Below, in pieces: positions 1-12,411 of a DNA stretch of 54,326 nt. A model generated the notes under the pieces. The model ran no database searches and was not told the DNA's origin. It saw nothing but the letters and a program-made list of their open reading frames with translations. Position numbers and translations under genes: made by a program. The DNA comes from Octopus bimaculoides (Eukaryota). The stretch is from NCBI RefSeq assembly GCF_001194135.2, contig NC_069000.1, positions 29,691,043 to 29,745,368 of the forward strand, in the 5' to 3' direction. The stretch's first letter is position 1, and the number at the start of each line of letters is the position of its first letter.

Positions 1-37
<37 letters not shown>

Positions 38-242
38 CACAAACACACACACATACATCCATACATATAAGTGCGTATGTATGTGTGAATATATATCTAT
101 GGTATGTATCTAATCTATCTTTACATACGTGTTTTACACACATACAGACACAGACACACACACACACACACACACATGTATATTTGCATGCATGTATCTA
201 TGTGTATACACACGCACATATATGAGAGAGAAGGAGAGAGAG

Positions 243-316
<74 letters not shown>
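1..316. repeat. Compound microsatellites (GATA)n, (CA)n, (GACA)n
   Basis: Seen directly: GATA run at 1-37, CA run near 150-175, GACA run at about 247-316. Confidence 0.95.
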
Positions 317-317
<1 letters not shown>

Positions 318-2099
318 AGGAGAGAGAAACATGGAGCGTGAATTTGGCATTCCTTTATATCATCCATTACACATGTTTCTGTGTTTGATAATTAATAGCA
401 AATCGTAAATGCGATTTACAAAGGGCATTTAGTCATACCGAACAACAGAAAACATAATCAGACACTTCTTCAGATTTGTAAAAGATACCACAGACTTATT
501 GACTAATTTAAGATAAGATTCTCTACTTATGACTATCTACCATCTGATACTCTTCGTATAATTCATGAGTATGAATGTCTTGACGGTTACAGGTCTTCGC
601 TGCATCATAGCATTCTTAAAATGATGTTGCACATGTTGAGCTAAGCTTCGATAATTTATTATGAAAACTATCTTTAGAGATGTCACATTTGTCAGCTAGT
701 ACTCGTACTTTATGGCATTATCATAGACAACAATGAATTTGCTTCACATTTTTAGATACTTGAGCGCTAAGCTGGCTAATCTCTTGCTTGAAGCAAATTA
801 AAAAATAAAAAAAAAACAGTCCTTTATTCGCCATTCAAATTATCCATACGGTTGATCCATTGGCTTAAATAAAATATTGAAATTATATTGAATGGCCTGT
901 CTTCTAGTGTTTCAGTACTGACTGAAGCATGTAATTGAGGAAGAGACATAAATTTCCAAGAATTTACAAGAATTTCCTTCCTGTTCAAAGTACTCCCAGA
1001 GCGCCGTGGGTCATTCCTCCTCACCTAGACTCTGAGAATAACTTTTTAAGACTTCCCAGTATTTAAGTATTACTTCAAAAGACAGAGTCTTAACTAATTA
1101 CAACATGTAACATATTGCAATCGTTAACATTCACGAATTCACAAAATTCCTTTAAATGTGCAGCCATTTCAGATGCGATGCTAAAGTGATAGTACTCTCT
1201 GAGTTCAATCTTCTAAGCATTAAAAGTTTCCCGTAGCAAGATATGCTGCATTCTACAAAATCTATGCTAGACAATTGCAGGAATGACATTCTTTGTGCCG
1301 ATTTTCAATTCTATAAACACTGTCGTATCTTCCATACTTCGAACTTACATTCTCAGTAGAGTACACAGACGTTTTATTCAAAACCAGATTTATTTTCTTT
1401 GATAATTCATTATTATCGCTATAAGAGCCAAATAACACATCTTTGTTTTTCTGTCAACAAAGAGGGATAGAGAGGGAGAGAGAGAGGGGGGGGGAGAGCA
1501 AGATNNNNNNNNNNGGGAGAGAGCAAGATGCATTCCTGTCTTTTTAAAGTTTCACGGCGAAAGAATTTGTGTAGTATGGTGTGATGTGGGTGTGAGGATG
1601 TGGGTGTGCGTGCGCGCGCGTGTTGATACACTTGACCTATGCGTTAAGAATGTTCAGCTCATGGTCGTATGGTCATACGTTCAATCCCTGAATCGGGTGA
1701 TGTGTTGTATCCTTGCGCATGAGACATTATTTTACGTTGGTCCAGTCAACTCATCTGTAATGAACACCGGCAGGGGTGCTGGTGCAGCCTTCTCTCCCTC
1801 CGACTGTCACATTCTGGACCGTTCCTCTGGGTTAAGAGTAAGAGGGACGTGAGAGTGACCATTTCTTCCAGCGACTCCTTATGCACCTAAAATCATTACG
1901 AAAGCGTGGGACATACTAACAGGCCATTTTCCCTCGCTGGTTGAGGCTGACTAAACTTCGAAATTGTGTGTGTGTGTGTGTGTGTGTGTNNNNNNNNNNN
2001 NNNNNNNNNNNNNNNNNNNNNNNNNNNNNNNNNNNNNNNNNNNNNNNNNNNNNNNNNNNNNNNNNNNNNNNNNNNNNNCGTGCGTGCGTGCGCGAATAT

Positions 2100-2320
2100 C
2101 TTTATCTTTTACTTGTTTATCTTTTACTTTGACTGTGGCTTTGCTGGGGCCACTGCCTTGAAGGGTCTTGTTGAAAAAATCAACCCTAGTATTCATTTCT
2201 TTTAAATCCTGAGACTTATTCCATCGTTCACTTCTGCCGAACCCCTAGACCCCTAAGTTACGGAGACGTAAACAGACCAATACCGGTTGACAAGCAGTGT
2301 TGGAGACAAACACATAAACA
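2100..2320 (-). mobile_element. Degraded 3' part of tRNA-derived SINE family A
   Basis: Shares blocks (ttttacttgttt, gccgaac...ctaagttacggagacgtaaac, ggttgacaagc) with the fuller copies at 12.4 kb and 24.9 kb. Confidence 0.6.
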
Positions 2321-2540
2321 AAGGCGCGCGCGTACATATACACACACTAACACATACACACACACATGCACATATACATAAATATAAATAACTAACAATT
2401 GACGGACAGTTCATTACAGCCGTTTCTAACGAATTTTTTAATTGATCGATGAATACATGAATTTTACCATCAAGGACATTTTAAAAAAATTTTAGGTGCA
2501 TTACCTTTAAGTACCTTATTCAACTAAATCTTATTACATC

Positions 2541-2571
<31 letters not shown>

Positions 2572-2599
2572 ATACAAAGAATATATATACATGTATACA

Positions 2600-2804
2600 C
2601 ACATATATGTACATACTTACATCTACATGTGTATATACATGCATATCAGGGTACAGGACGTTAGAACAATAAACTACAGACAACGGAACGAACACATAGG
2701 AAAACGGAAAGCACCTTGGAATATCCCTTCATCGGCTGTCTCTATTCTATCTAGACGTTTCGAAGACCAGACATGTACAAATATTTCTTTGTACATAATT
2801 ATAA
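2600..2804. mobile_element. Dispersed repeat, probably a Penelope-like terminal segment; second copy at about 42075-42250
   Basis: The blocks tacatac...catctacatgt...gggtaca(g/t)gacgtt and ccttcatc(g/a)gctg...gtttcgaaga recur at 42.1-42.25 kb. The PLE assignment is inferred from the hammerhead-like words and the terminal inversion. Confidence 0.45.
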
Positions 2805-3377
2805 NNNNNNNNNNNNNNNNNNNNNNNNNNNNNNNNNNNNNNNNNNNNNNNNNNNNNNNNNNNNNNNNNNNNNNNNNNNNNNNNNNNNNNNNNNNNNNNN
2901 NNNNNNNNNNNNNNNNNNNNNNNNNNNNNNNNNNNNNNNNNNNNNNNNNNNNNNNNNNNNNNNNNNNNNNNNNNNNNNNNNNNNNNNNNNNNNNNNNNNN
3001 NNNNNNNNNNNNNNNNNNNNNNNNNNNNNNNNNNNNNNNNNNNNNNNNNNNNNNNNNNNNNNNNNNNNNNNNNNNNNNNNNNNNNNNNNNNNNNNNNNNN
3101 NNNNNNNNNNNNNNNNNNNNNNNNNNNNNNNNNNNNNNNNNNNNNNNNNNNNNNNNNNNNNNNNNNNNNNNNNNNNNNNNNNNNNNNNNNNNNNNNNNNN
3201 NNNNNNNNNNNNNNNNNNNNNNNNNNNNNNNNNNNNNNNNNNNNNNNNNNNNNNNNNNNNNNNNNNNNNNNNNNNNNNNNNNNNNNNNNNNNNNNNNNNN
3301 NNNNNNNNNNNNNNNNNNNNNNNNNNNNNNNNNNNNNNNNNNTTATAATTATGTACAAAGAAATATTTGTACATGTC
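2770..3377. repeat. Perfect 35-bp inverted repeat flanking an N-gap
   Basis: 2770-2804 gacatgtacaaatatttctttgtacataattataa is the exact reverse complement of 3343-3377; the gap is 2805-3342. Confidence 0.9.
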
Positions 3378-3954
3378 ATATGCGACAAGCTTTCCCACTT
3401 ACCAAATTATCAAGGGGACCCTGAGATTCCTCAGGAAAAGAACCTCCACCAATCAGTAGCACACTGAGAATCCATCACCCCACTTGCAATTCAATATGGT
3501 ACATACTCAATAAAATTCCCCCAAAACTTTCTCTTTGTCTCCAGATCATCACCACATACTCTTAGTCGCTAATTGCGAATACTGCACCGATCATTTCAGA
3601 AGACAAACACACACACACACACATATCCCTTTCCTTGTCGCTCTATCACACACACTTTCTCTTAAGTTACCCTGAACCATCTCTTATTTCCTGGAAGCTT
3701 TCTGTCATACCGTAGTAGCATTGCAGCGTGTATTGACGAAGCCTCCCTCGACCCAGATTCTGCCCAACTCTGTTGTGCCTCAAGATACAGTGTCTTTGGC
3801 ACTCGTACTTCAAGGATCAGTAATAATGTCAACATCATCAATATTTCTGAACATTTCTGCTCTGTAGTACATTAAAAAAAATACGCTCAAGTTTTCTAAA
3901 TGTCCTGGAATTTTTCGACACGCCTTAAAAATGTGTGTTGCAGCTGCAGACTAA

Positions 3955-5058
3955 GTATGCCATGACACAGCAATTGAAAACGTTTGCTTTATACACAAAT
4001 TTCTGAGTCCACATACAAAAGGCCATTCAACTGGCTGGCAATTATTTAAGAATTACCAGGTTTCTTTTTCCTCTTGACCTCTCCTATCGCTATTATGTTT
4101 TCCTTTTTCTTAACTGAACTATCTCCCTGCTCAGTTCCACACGCCTCTCTATCGGCACTTATACTGTCTTACCTCTCAGACTCTACTAGAAAACCTACTC
4201 CCGATGATTTTCCCATAGAAAATTTGCCCTCTATAATCGCTTGTGTCCACGTTTAGCCACCAGGCACCCGACCAGACTTGTCTCTTCTAACAACACATGC
4301 TCTTATAGAAATGATACTACACTTCACTCTTTCTCTGTCTTCCTTACGCCTCTACACGCGACATAAACACGTCGACCCAACGAGGTATCAATGAGGATGC
4401 CTTCTCCGACGTGGTCGCCCGACAATAGCAACCAAATCTCCCGAGAATCACAACTCTACTCCCTTAAAAAGAACACAATGGACAATGTGTTTTTAAATAC
4501 ACTACACCTGAAAAATAAACAGAAATACACAGGGTGGTCACGGCTAGAATACATTTTGACCATAGGTTTACTTGATCAGAGAGACCTAGGACAAAATAAT
4601 ATCAACAAAGATTTCACAGCATGAGCAGAGATCTTGACAGTAGCCTTCACTGACGGTATGACACCCTTGACTCTTTCAACAGTACAAATATTTATTTACA
4701 ATAAACACACGATTAAAAGAACTATCAAAGGTACTATAAAAACTGTGACGAAGTGTGCCATGACACAGCAAATGAAAATGTTTTCTTTATACACAAATAT
4801 CTGAGACCACACACAAAAGGTCATTCAGCTGACTTCAAGAATTACCAGGCTTGTTATTCCTCCTGACCTCTCCTATCGCTAATATGATGGTATACCTTAA
4901 TTGAACTATCTCCCTGCTCAGTTCCACAAGCCTCTCTGTCTATCAGCATTTATACTGTCTTACCTCTCAGACTCTACTAGAAACCCTTCTCCCGATGGTT
5001 TTCCCCTTTGTAATTGCTTCTCTGTTCACGCTTAGCCATCGGGCATGCGACCAGATGT
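3955..5058. repeat. Local direct duplication of about 300 bp (3955-4280 and 4755-5058)
   Basis: Colinear shared blocks, e.g. gccatgacacagcaa, tgacctctcctatcgcta, tgaactatctccctgctcagttccac, ttatactgtcttacctctcagactctactagaaa; roughly 80% identical by eye. Confidence 0.9.
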
Positions 5059-5084
5059 TCAAAGAATGCCAGTAACTTAGACCA

Positions 5085-5575
5085 TACTGATACTGATTAT
5101 AAGCACTCTCTCAATAGAGATATTATGTAAGATTATAGACTCTACCTGCTTATAAACACTATCTGGTTATAAACACTGTCTAAGGTAAAGGCACTGGTTA
5201 TAGACACTGTCTGGCTATATGCACTGCACGGTTATATACACTGCAATGCTATAGACATTAGTCGTCTATGTTATAGTCACGAGCTGGTTACAGGCATTTT
5301 CTGGTTATAGGTATTGCTTGGTCATAATCACAGTTCTCGTTTATAAACATTTCCTGATTATATACACTGGTCCAGGTTATAAACATCACCTGGTTATGAG
5401 CACAGCCTGATTATAGACACTGTCTAGTTATAGTCTGCCTGACTATAAATAGCCTGGTTATAAACACTTCCAAGTTTTAGACACTGCATGGTCATAAACA
5501 AACACAACTGGCTATAGGTACTGACTGGCTATAGACATTGACTTGTTATAAACAGTGCATGGTTACAGACTCTGC
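5085..5575. repeat. Degenerate ~17-bp minisatellite (consensus near ggttatagacactgtct)
   Basis: Recurring ggttata(g/a)acactg units at ~17-nt spacing. The period is not a multiple of 3. Confidence 0.8.
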
Positions 5576-8277
5576 CTCTTCGTCCTTTCACTAACTTTTA
5601 TAAACAAAATTACATCGCACCTCAATACTCCCGGTCATATAGCCACGACACGTCACACGACACCTCACAGCCAAATCTCCATCAAAACAGACTTCTGCCG
5701 TCTTAAAAAAGGGAAGGAGAAATATTTATGTTCTGGATACGTTATACTTTAAACAAAGATACGATAGCCACCGCTGGAACCACTTTGATCTAAAGTTTTC
5801 TCAAGCAAGGCTAACCAGGGGCTAAACACAACACCAGACAGTCACGTCGCCCCCTCATCTCACCAAATAGTCACTACGTCATAGTACTTATACACCACAC
5901 CACACTACTTCACATCACAACGTTGCATACGACCACAATTCTAACCACACTACAAACAATACAGCACGCCACACAACCACTACACCACATCATTGTATAG
6001 CAACCCATGTTGTTTTTCACTAAGCTGACCTAGAAAGATGTAACCAGATTTGCAACCAATCAAACTCACTGATCGATCTAACTTCTCTCTCTTTACAGAT
6101 ATATATACTCCCATTCTCTAAATCTATCACTCAGTTTCTTTATACGTTTGTTTATCTGCCTCTTTTTCTTTTTCTCTGTCTCCTTTCTCTTTCTCTGCTT
6201 CTATCGCCTCTTTGTTTCTGTCTCTCACTGTCTTCAGTTTTCTCTCTCTACCTTTCTCTCTCCAGATTGCAGACAAGAAAAAGCATGAGTAATGTTGTAC
6301 TGCTCTGATAGGTGGCAGCACCTGACTGCTACCTGCTGCTAACACAAGCGCGCGCGCGCACCGACGTTAACATATCTCCTCTACATTGTTTCTACCTTGT
6401 CGCACATACACAATCCCACTTCTGGGCCACGACCATACAAAATGCTTAATTTTCATCGTGTACGTTCCGAGTTCAAATCCTGCCGGCTTCGGCTAGACTT
6501 TTTCTTTCCTTTAATAAGATAAGCATCAGGCGGTATTAATAAGATAACTAAGGTAAATTTGTTCATCAACTATATCCTCTCACACATTTCTGGCCTTGCA
6601 ACTCTTAAATACCTGACATCATTTAGTTGCATCCAACGACAATTTTAAGATGGAACCTGCAACCATTATTGATTTTCGTGTTTTGCTTTTCAGGGACATA
6701 CACTGGTGTGGATTCAACTTCCCCACCTTCTTCTTACGGAAGCCTTATCCCAATGTTAAAAACGACTGTTCAACTATATCTAAACCAAAGTTAGTCAACA
6801 AGGAAAGTCCCTATGCGGTTATTCAACCTGCTAGAAAAAGCAGCGAAATTCACTTTTATCAATTTAGCGTTTGGAAATAGGAAGAACACATTATACAATG
6901 ATTTAAGAATGATAATCACGACTTGGATCCTTTGATTATAGATCTGCTGTTTAAGGCTGACCTGACTAAAGCACAACAATCACTCACCACCCCAGCATCA
7001 TATATAACCGTATTGGTTCACTAAATAGATACAACACGGCCATAGCGGCAGAATGATGCGAGAGTTACTTCCCTTGACTATAGTGGCTTTTTAATCTTAA
7101 GCAATTTCATCAACTTCACATCTGAAAACTGAACTTCTGCCTCTCCAGAAATGTATACACATATTCATTTATTGGCAACTGAGATTTCGTTCCCCCTTTC
7201 ACTCTTACACACGCGCCCCCCCCCACACACACACACAAAACCAACTCCGCCTTTCAGCTGGTTGAGGTCGATAAAATAAAGTTTTAGATAACTTCCAGGT
7301 TTAAAATTTCTACAGTACATCCAAGATGTGAAGGAAAGCTCTGTGTGTGTGTGTGCATCGCGCGTTGTAGTGATGGATCTCCGTCGTTCGACCAAGAAGA
7401 TTCAATTCTTCGATCTCCTATAAATGGGTGGACAATGCACAGGCAGGTGCATCTTTAGTATAATTTCTCAGGCAGAATCAGAGTGATTACTTTATCTTTT
7501 CAAATACCGGACAATCCAGCCGACTGTATTCTTTCTATACAGTTTCCCTCTACCCGAATTCATTTGCAAGGTATAGGTTAACTCTACTCTATGGAAAATG
7601 AGATTTGCTAAAGATGCAATGAAGTGGAGTTCGTAGCTGCAAAGAGAACTTCTTAACCATTGGCCATATTTAGGCCCGCTCCCTCTCTCTCTCCCACTAT
7701 CTATTTATCTACCTCTCTCTCCCTCTCTCGCTCTCTCTCTCATGTGTGTGTGTATGTGTATGTATGTTTATGTGTAGTATTGTGTGTCCGTGTATATGTG
7801 CGTGTGTATACAGATACCTAAAAATACTTATTTTATTTCGGGACGATCATTTTTTTTTTTTTTTTGCCAAATAAACACACGCACTATATATATTTTTCTT
7901 TACTCATTCATTACTGTTCTTATTTTAACTAATGTCCATTATCCGGAAATCTTTCGTCACACATCTGTGACCTCTTCAGCGACAATTTTCGTTTTCGTGT
8001 GTGTTCTTGCTCCACTTATTCCTAAAATAAGAACAGTAATAAACAAGTAAAGTAAAAATATATAGTGCGTGTGTTTATTTGGAAAAAAAAAAATGACCGT
8101 CTAGAAATACAACAATATCTGTTCCAACACATGATTTCACATCAGAAATCTTGCAACACAAACAAAAATTTTATATCTTGGACATAGAGTTACCGATGGT
8201 TTCTTACGCGCGCGAATATACAAAAATATATGTGCAGCTGTGTTCCTTTTGTTTTTCCGTCCACATGAATGGGTTAA

Positions 8278-8512
8278 AGGTTCACTACAGCTGTTTCAGA
8301 CGCATTTCCTATTGATGAAACGTTCGATTACATTTTGAAAAAACCGTTTTCTTCAGGTGATTAAAAATTTGATCAGGAGAAAAAAATACCACAAGATGTA
8401 TATTGACCCTCTCTGTTAGGCATCATTGGAGAAAACAAAAACTTTTTTTTTTCATGATGTGATTGGAATATCCATAAAAAAAATATGCGTCTAAAACAGC
8501 TGTAGTGAACCT
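8278..8512. mobile_element. Non-autonomous Kolobok-like DNA transposon (MITE), 235 bp
   Basis: TTAA at 8274-8277 and 8513-8516; 28-bp TIRs AGGTTCACTACAGCTGTTT(C/T)AGACGCAT with 1 mismatch. A TTAA TSD with 5'-RR termini is the Kolobok signature. Confidence 0.8.
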
Positions 8513-9084
8513 TTAACGCGTGTGTTCTTATTTTATGCAAGCACCATTCCTGGAACCTTCCCTATGTTGGATCTGGAACTTGCATTGGAACGTGAACTTA
8601 CATGCGTGTGTGCATGGGTATATATTTGTATGTATGTATGTGTATATTTATATGCATGTGACTATATATGTGTGCATGTACATGTGTGCGTGTGCGTGTG
8701 TGTGTGTGTGTGCGTGTGTGTGTGTGTGCGTGGATATATTTGTATGTGGTATATATATACACGTATGTGCTAAACTCAACCCTTTTCTGGTGTCCTGGAT
8801 GTTAAAATACCTTAATTCAAAAGAAATCATACAATAAATTGTGTGTGTGTGTGTGTGTGTGTAAACGCGGAGTAAAACAGGGGACAACTAATGAAGGGAA
8901 TGTTCTTTTTGTTGCATGTCTCATTTCTCTGGTTTTTTCGTTGTTCGAAAAAAAAGTTCGTTTTCTATGTTTTTGTTTTTTATATTCTCGTTTCTCATTC
9001 TGTCCGCGTTTTTTAATGTCCTGTACCCATATATATGAAGGTATGTACATATATGTATGTATATATGCATATATTTATACATTA

Positions 9085-9141
<57 letters not shown>

Positions 9142-9370
9142 GTGCGTGCGTATGTGAAATATTTTCTCGATATAAAACCATACATTTATTTCTCTGTCGT
9201 TCTCTTTTATTTGATGGTGATGAAAGATGAAAGCAATAGAGAGGAAAGAGAAAGAGACCGACAGAGAGAGAGAGAGGAGAGCATCGAATGCGCCGTTGTT
9301 TTATATGGAATGAATGAAAATACAAAAAGGAATGTAATACAAAACATCAACAAAATAATGTTGTGAAGAA

Positions 9371-9812
9371 TGACACGTGACTTGCAGATGATAACGGTCA
9401 AGAAGGAACGGGGGCTGAATTGGCCAATCAGAGTGCAGTTACTGCTGCTGCTTCTAAACTGGCTGTATGCGTGTACTTCGACATCAGTTTGCACATGCAT
9501 GTGCGTGCGTGCAAATTTGCATGTGTGTATATATGTATGTACGTGTATATATATATATATATATAACCCTATATATGTATATGTGTGTGAATGTATATGT
9601 TCTGTACATAAATTTACACGTGTGTGTGTGTGTGTGTGTGTGTATACGAGAGATAGTTAGGAGTGAATGTATGTATGTGTATGTTGGCGTTAGTATGTTT
9701 GTGTGTGTAAGCTAGTGCGGGGAACGACGTCACGCTGCACCAGCCAACCCCTGACGGATGTTGCTCGATCACGTGGCTGCCTGACATCACGCGCTGCGTG
9801 CGCCCGGACGGA
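9371..9812. promoter_or_regulatory. CpG-retaining cluster of Pol II promoter-type motifs upstream of the tRNA
   Basis: E-box CACGTG at 9374-9379 (gacacgtgac context), NF-Y-type GGCCAATCAG at 9422-9431, CRE-like GACGTCA at 9726-9732, second CACGTG at 9770-9775. Function and direction are inferred only. Confidence 0.4.
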
Positions 9813-10008
9813 AAAACAAAAAGAACACAGCTATACATAGATTTTTGTACATACACACATAGATATATTTAAATACGTGGCTGGGGCAAGAATATTCAAA
9901 GAAGTAAAATGCAATTCTACAATAAAAATAATTATAATTTTTGCCAATAGGCACAACAGTGACAAGATATAGTATATATACTATAAATTTGGCCTCGGTA
10001 TCCAATCA

Positions 10009-10081
10009 GGTTCCGTAGTGTAGTGGTTATCACGCTCGCTTCACACGCGAGAGGCCCTGGGTTCGATCCCCAGCGGAACCA
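10009..10081 (+). tRNA. tRNA-Val(CAC): tRNA-Val, anticodon CAC
   Basis: 73-nt cloverleaf: acceptor GGTTCCG/CGGAACC, D stem GTG/CAC, anticodon stem CTCGC/GCGAG with loop TT-CAC-AC, T stem CTGGG/CCCAG with loop TTCGATC, discriminator A. No intron. Confidence 0.96.
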
Positions 10082-10089
10082 GTGGGTTA

Positions 10090-10095
10090 TTTTTT
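10090..10095 (+). terminator. RNA polymerase III oligo-dT terminator of tRNA-Val
   Basis: T6 run starting 9 nt after the tRNA 3' end, followed by a further T4. Confidence 0.8.
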
Positions 10096-12411
10096 ATTTT
10101 AGTACATTTCTAAGTGTCCTGCTCCTAGATGTAATCAATGGCATTCTGACTGTAAACCATTTATTTTGTTCTACACAGGAACTCCAAACCCCATAATTCA
10201 AAGTCTTTTATTAAGACGATCGGTAATGATTTCAGTTAGTTTGGGCTGTTAACATGTCTAAGAAGAACGTAAAGGTTCTTTAGTTCGAATTTCACCAGTT
10301 TGTTTCTCCTGGTAACTTCGTAACGATTTCAAATTACTTTTGGGTGGTACCTGGAAAGAAATTTCACCCCACCCAATATGATTTTAGAATATTTTATCCT
10401 CCTCCTCCTCTTACTACAAGAAGAAGAAGAAGAAGAAAGAAAGAAATTTCAGATTACCGGGGAGTAACTTAAAATGGAGTAGTTTAAGGTTATTACACCG
10501 GTTTCTTTTATCGGTGAAACGATTCGGTCAACTTTCGTAAGTCACTAACGCTTTTGAGAAATGCATTAAACCCTTTACGTCCCTTTTTATTGATAAGAGG
10601 GCAGTCATCAACTTATTGAATTCAGTATGATTATTTTTCGTCATGCAAGCTTTTGATGTAACAGAAATAAGAGAGATTCGAACGCAGTGTTGAGCCACAT
10701 ATCTTTCTAACATCACTGTTGCTCTCACGGCCACCAACCTAATATCTTTGAACACAATTATGATGTAAACCTCTACTTGGTCATTCAGTGTGCTAGAAAT
10801 AGCAGCAAAATGCCCTCAAAATCACACCCCGACTGTCTTAAAAGATGAAATGGATATATAAAATGGGCTTGAGAACACAAACTGAAAATGGAAATTTTAA
10901 CGTTACTCAGGCGGAAACCCCCATACTCTTCGTTTCTTTGCCCCTCCCCCCTCTACCAAAAATTTCAACTACGGAGAATATTTTACAAAAATAAATAAAT
11001 AAAACTTTTTAAATTATTAATTTTAACCCAACAAGCCCCCGTTTCTTTTTCTTTTTTTTTTTTGTTTTCTTTTTAGCATTTCATAAATTGCTTTTGGGGA
11101 CCCAAGTTTAAAAGCACGGAGATAACGCTTCTGAAAATAAGTTTGTTCATAATTTCAATATTTCAAAAAAAAGTTAATGCCGATTGCTTACGATAATTTT
11201 CCGCTTCCATTTATGATTTTTAAAATGGCTGAAAATGTAATCTTATAGGATAAATGGATGGGATGATAAAGTTTAGAGTGCTTTAACCATAGGTTTGCTG
11301 GGGCTCAAAAACGGAAATAATGATAACAACAGCAACACGCGCGCACACACACACACAAACACGTGTGTTGGTGCATGCCTGCATATTAATGCATATGTAA
11401 ATATCCATCGTGCTACAACGCAATCTTAAACAAGGAAAATGACGTTAGACAGTGCAATCCTAGACACCTATAAAACCCCCGGATGGTTATGGATTTAAAG
11501 ACAGGATGATCTGACCGGGTTAAACATTTACATTTTTTCAACAATACACAATGAATATTTCCCCGCCCTGAATCTCATCTCCTCTCGAGTTTTTCCACAT
11601 ATTTTCTGTTTTCTCCTTTATCTCGCCATACAAAATGATTCAACCACATTTTTCCACACTACCGTCCTAATATTTTCTCCACATTCTGCCTACCATATTT
11701 TCGTCACATACCACAACTTCTAGAATTTTTTGATACCATGTCACTGTTTACTGTACACACCATACTTCCATATCGTACAATCTGATGTTTCCTGTATTAT
11801 TTCAACAGTTTACACGTGATAGAACTTATAGTTCAATGGATCAGCTTCATCACATTCTGTGTCACGCTGAATTTCCTTGACAACTACGTTAAAGGTACGC
11901 GCGTCTGTGGAATGCTCAGCCACTTTCCCGTTAATTTCACGAGCATAGTATTCCGTTGACCGATCTCATAGCTGAGCGTCCAGCCACCACACGTGATATT
12001 TCCTTTGTATATGTCCACATCATACAACTAATTGACGTTTGCAGAATATATTGTCAACGCTTTATGACTTGGGGAAATAGCTTGGTAAGATCGGAGGTAA
12101 ACCTATGGACATGCCTCTGTATCATCCAGAATCAAAGCTGTTGAATGAGTTCAATGCATGCACGAAGCTTCGGATCGCTTGATCCGATATATTCTAATGC
12201 ATTTATAGATCCTCTGCGTCGTGTTCTAGAGTTCCAACGAGCTGTGTTGCATTATCTCAAAGAATAACTTTGAATTAATTCAATTCGATTTTCGTGTGAT
12301 AATCTTTTTTCGCAAGTATCAATTCCTTTTTGAAATGAATTGATGACATTATCGCAGATCTTCAAATTCCAAGGGTTTCACCGTTTCATAAATATTTCGA
12401 ATGGCCATCAT

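Noticed and set aside
824-1024. Minus-strand 66-aa ORF (MRRNDPRRSGS...) as an exon
   Set aside because: No recognisable motif; the flanking ctag/gtgagg can be read as either acceptor or donor; no partner exon found.
6650-6880. Plus-strand ORF with a good acceptor (ttttgcttttcag)
   Set aside because: Its 3' half is a dispersed repeat also seen near 10.8 and 14.4 kb; no matching donor or homology.
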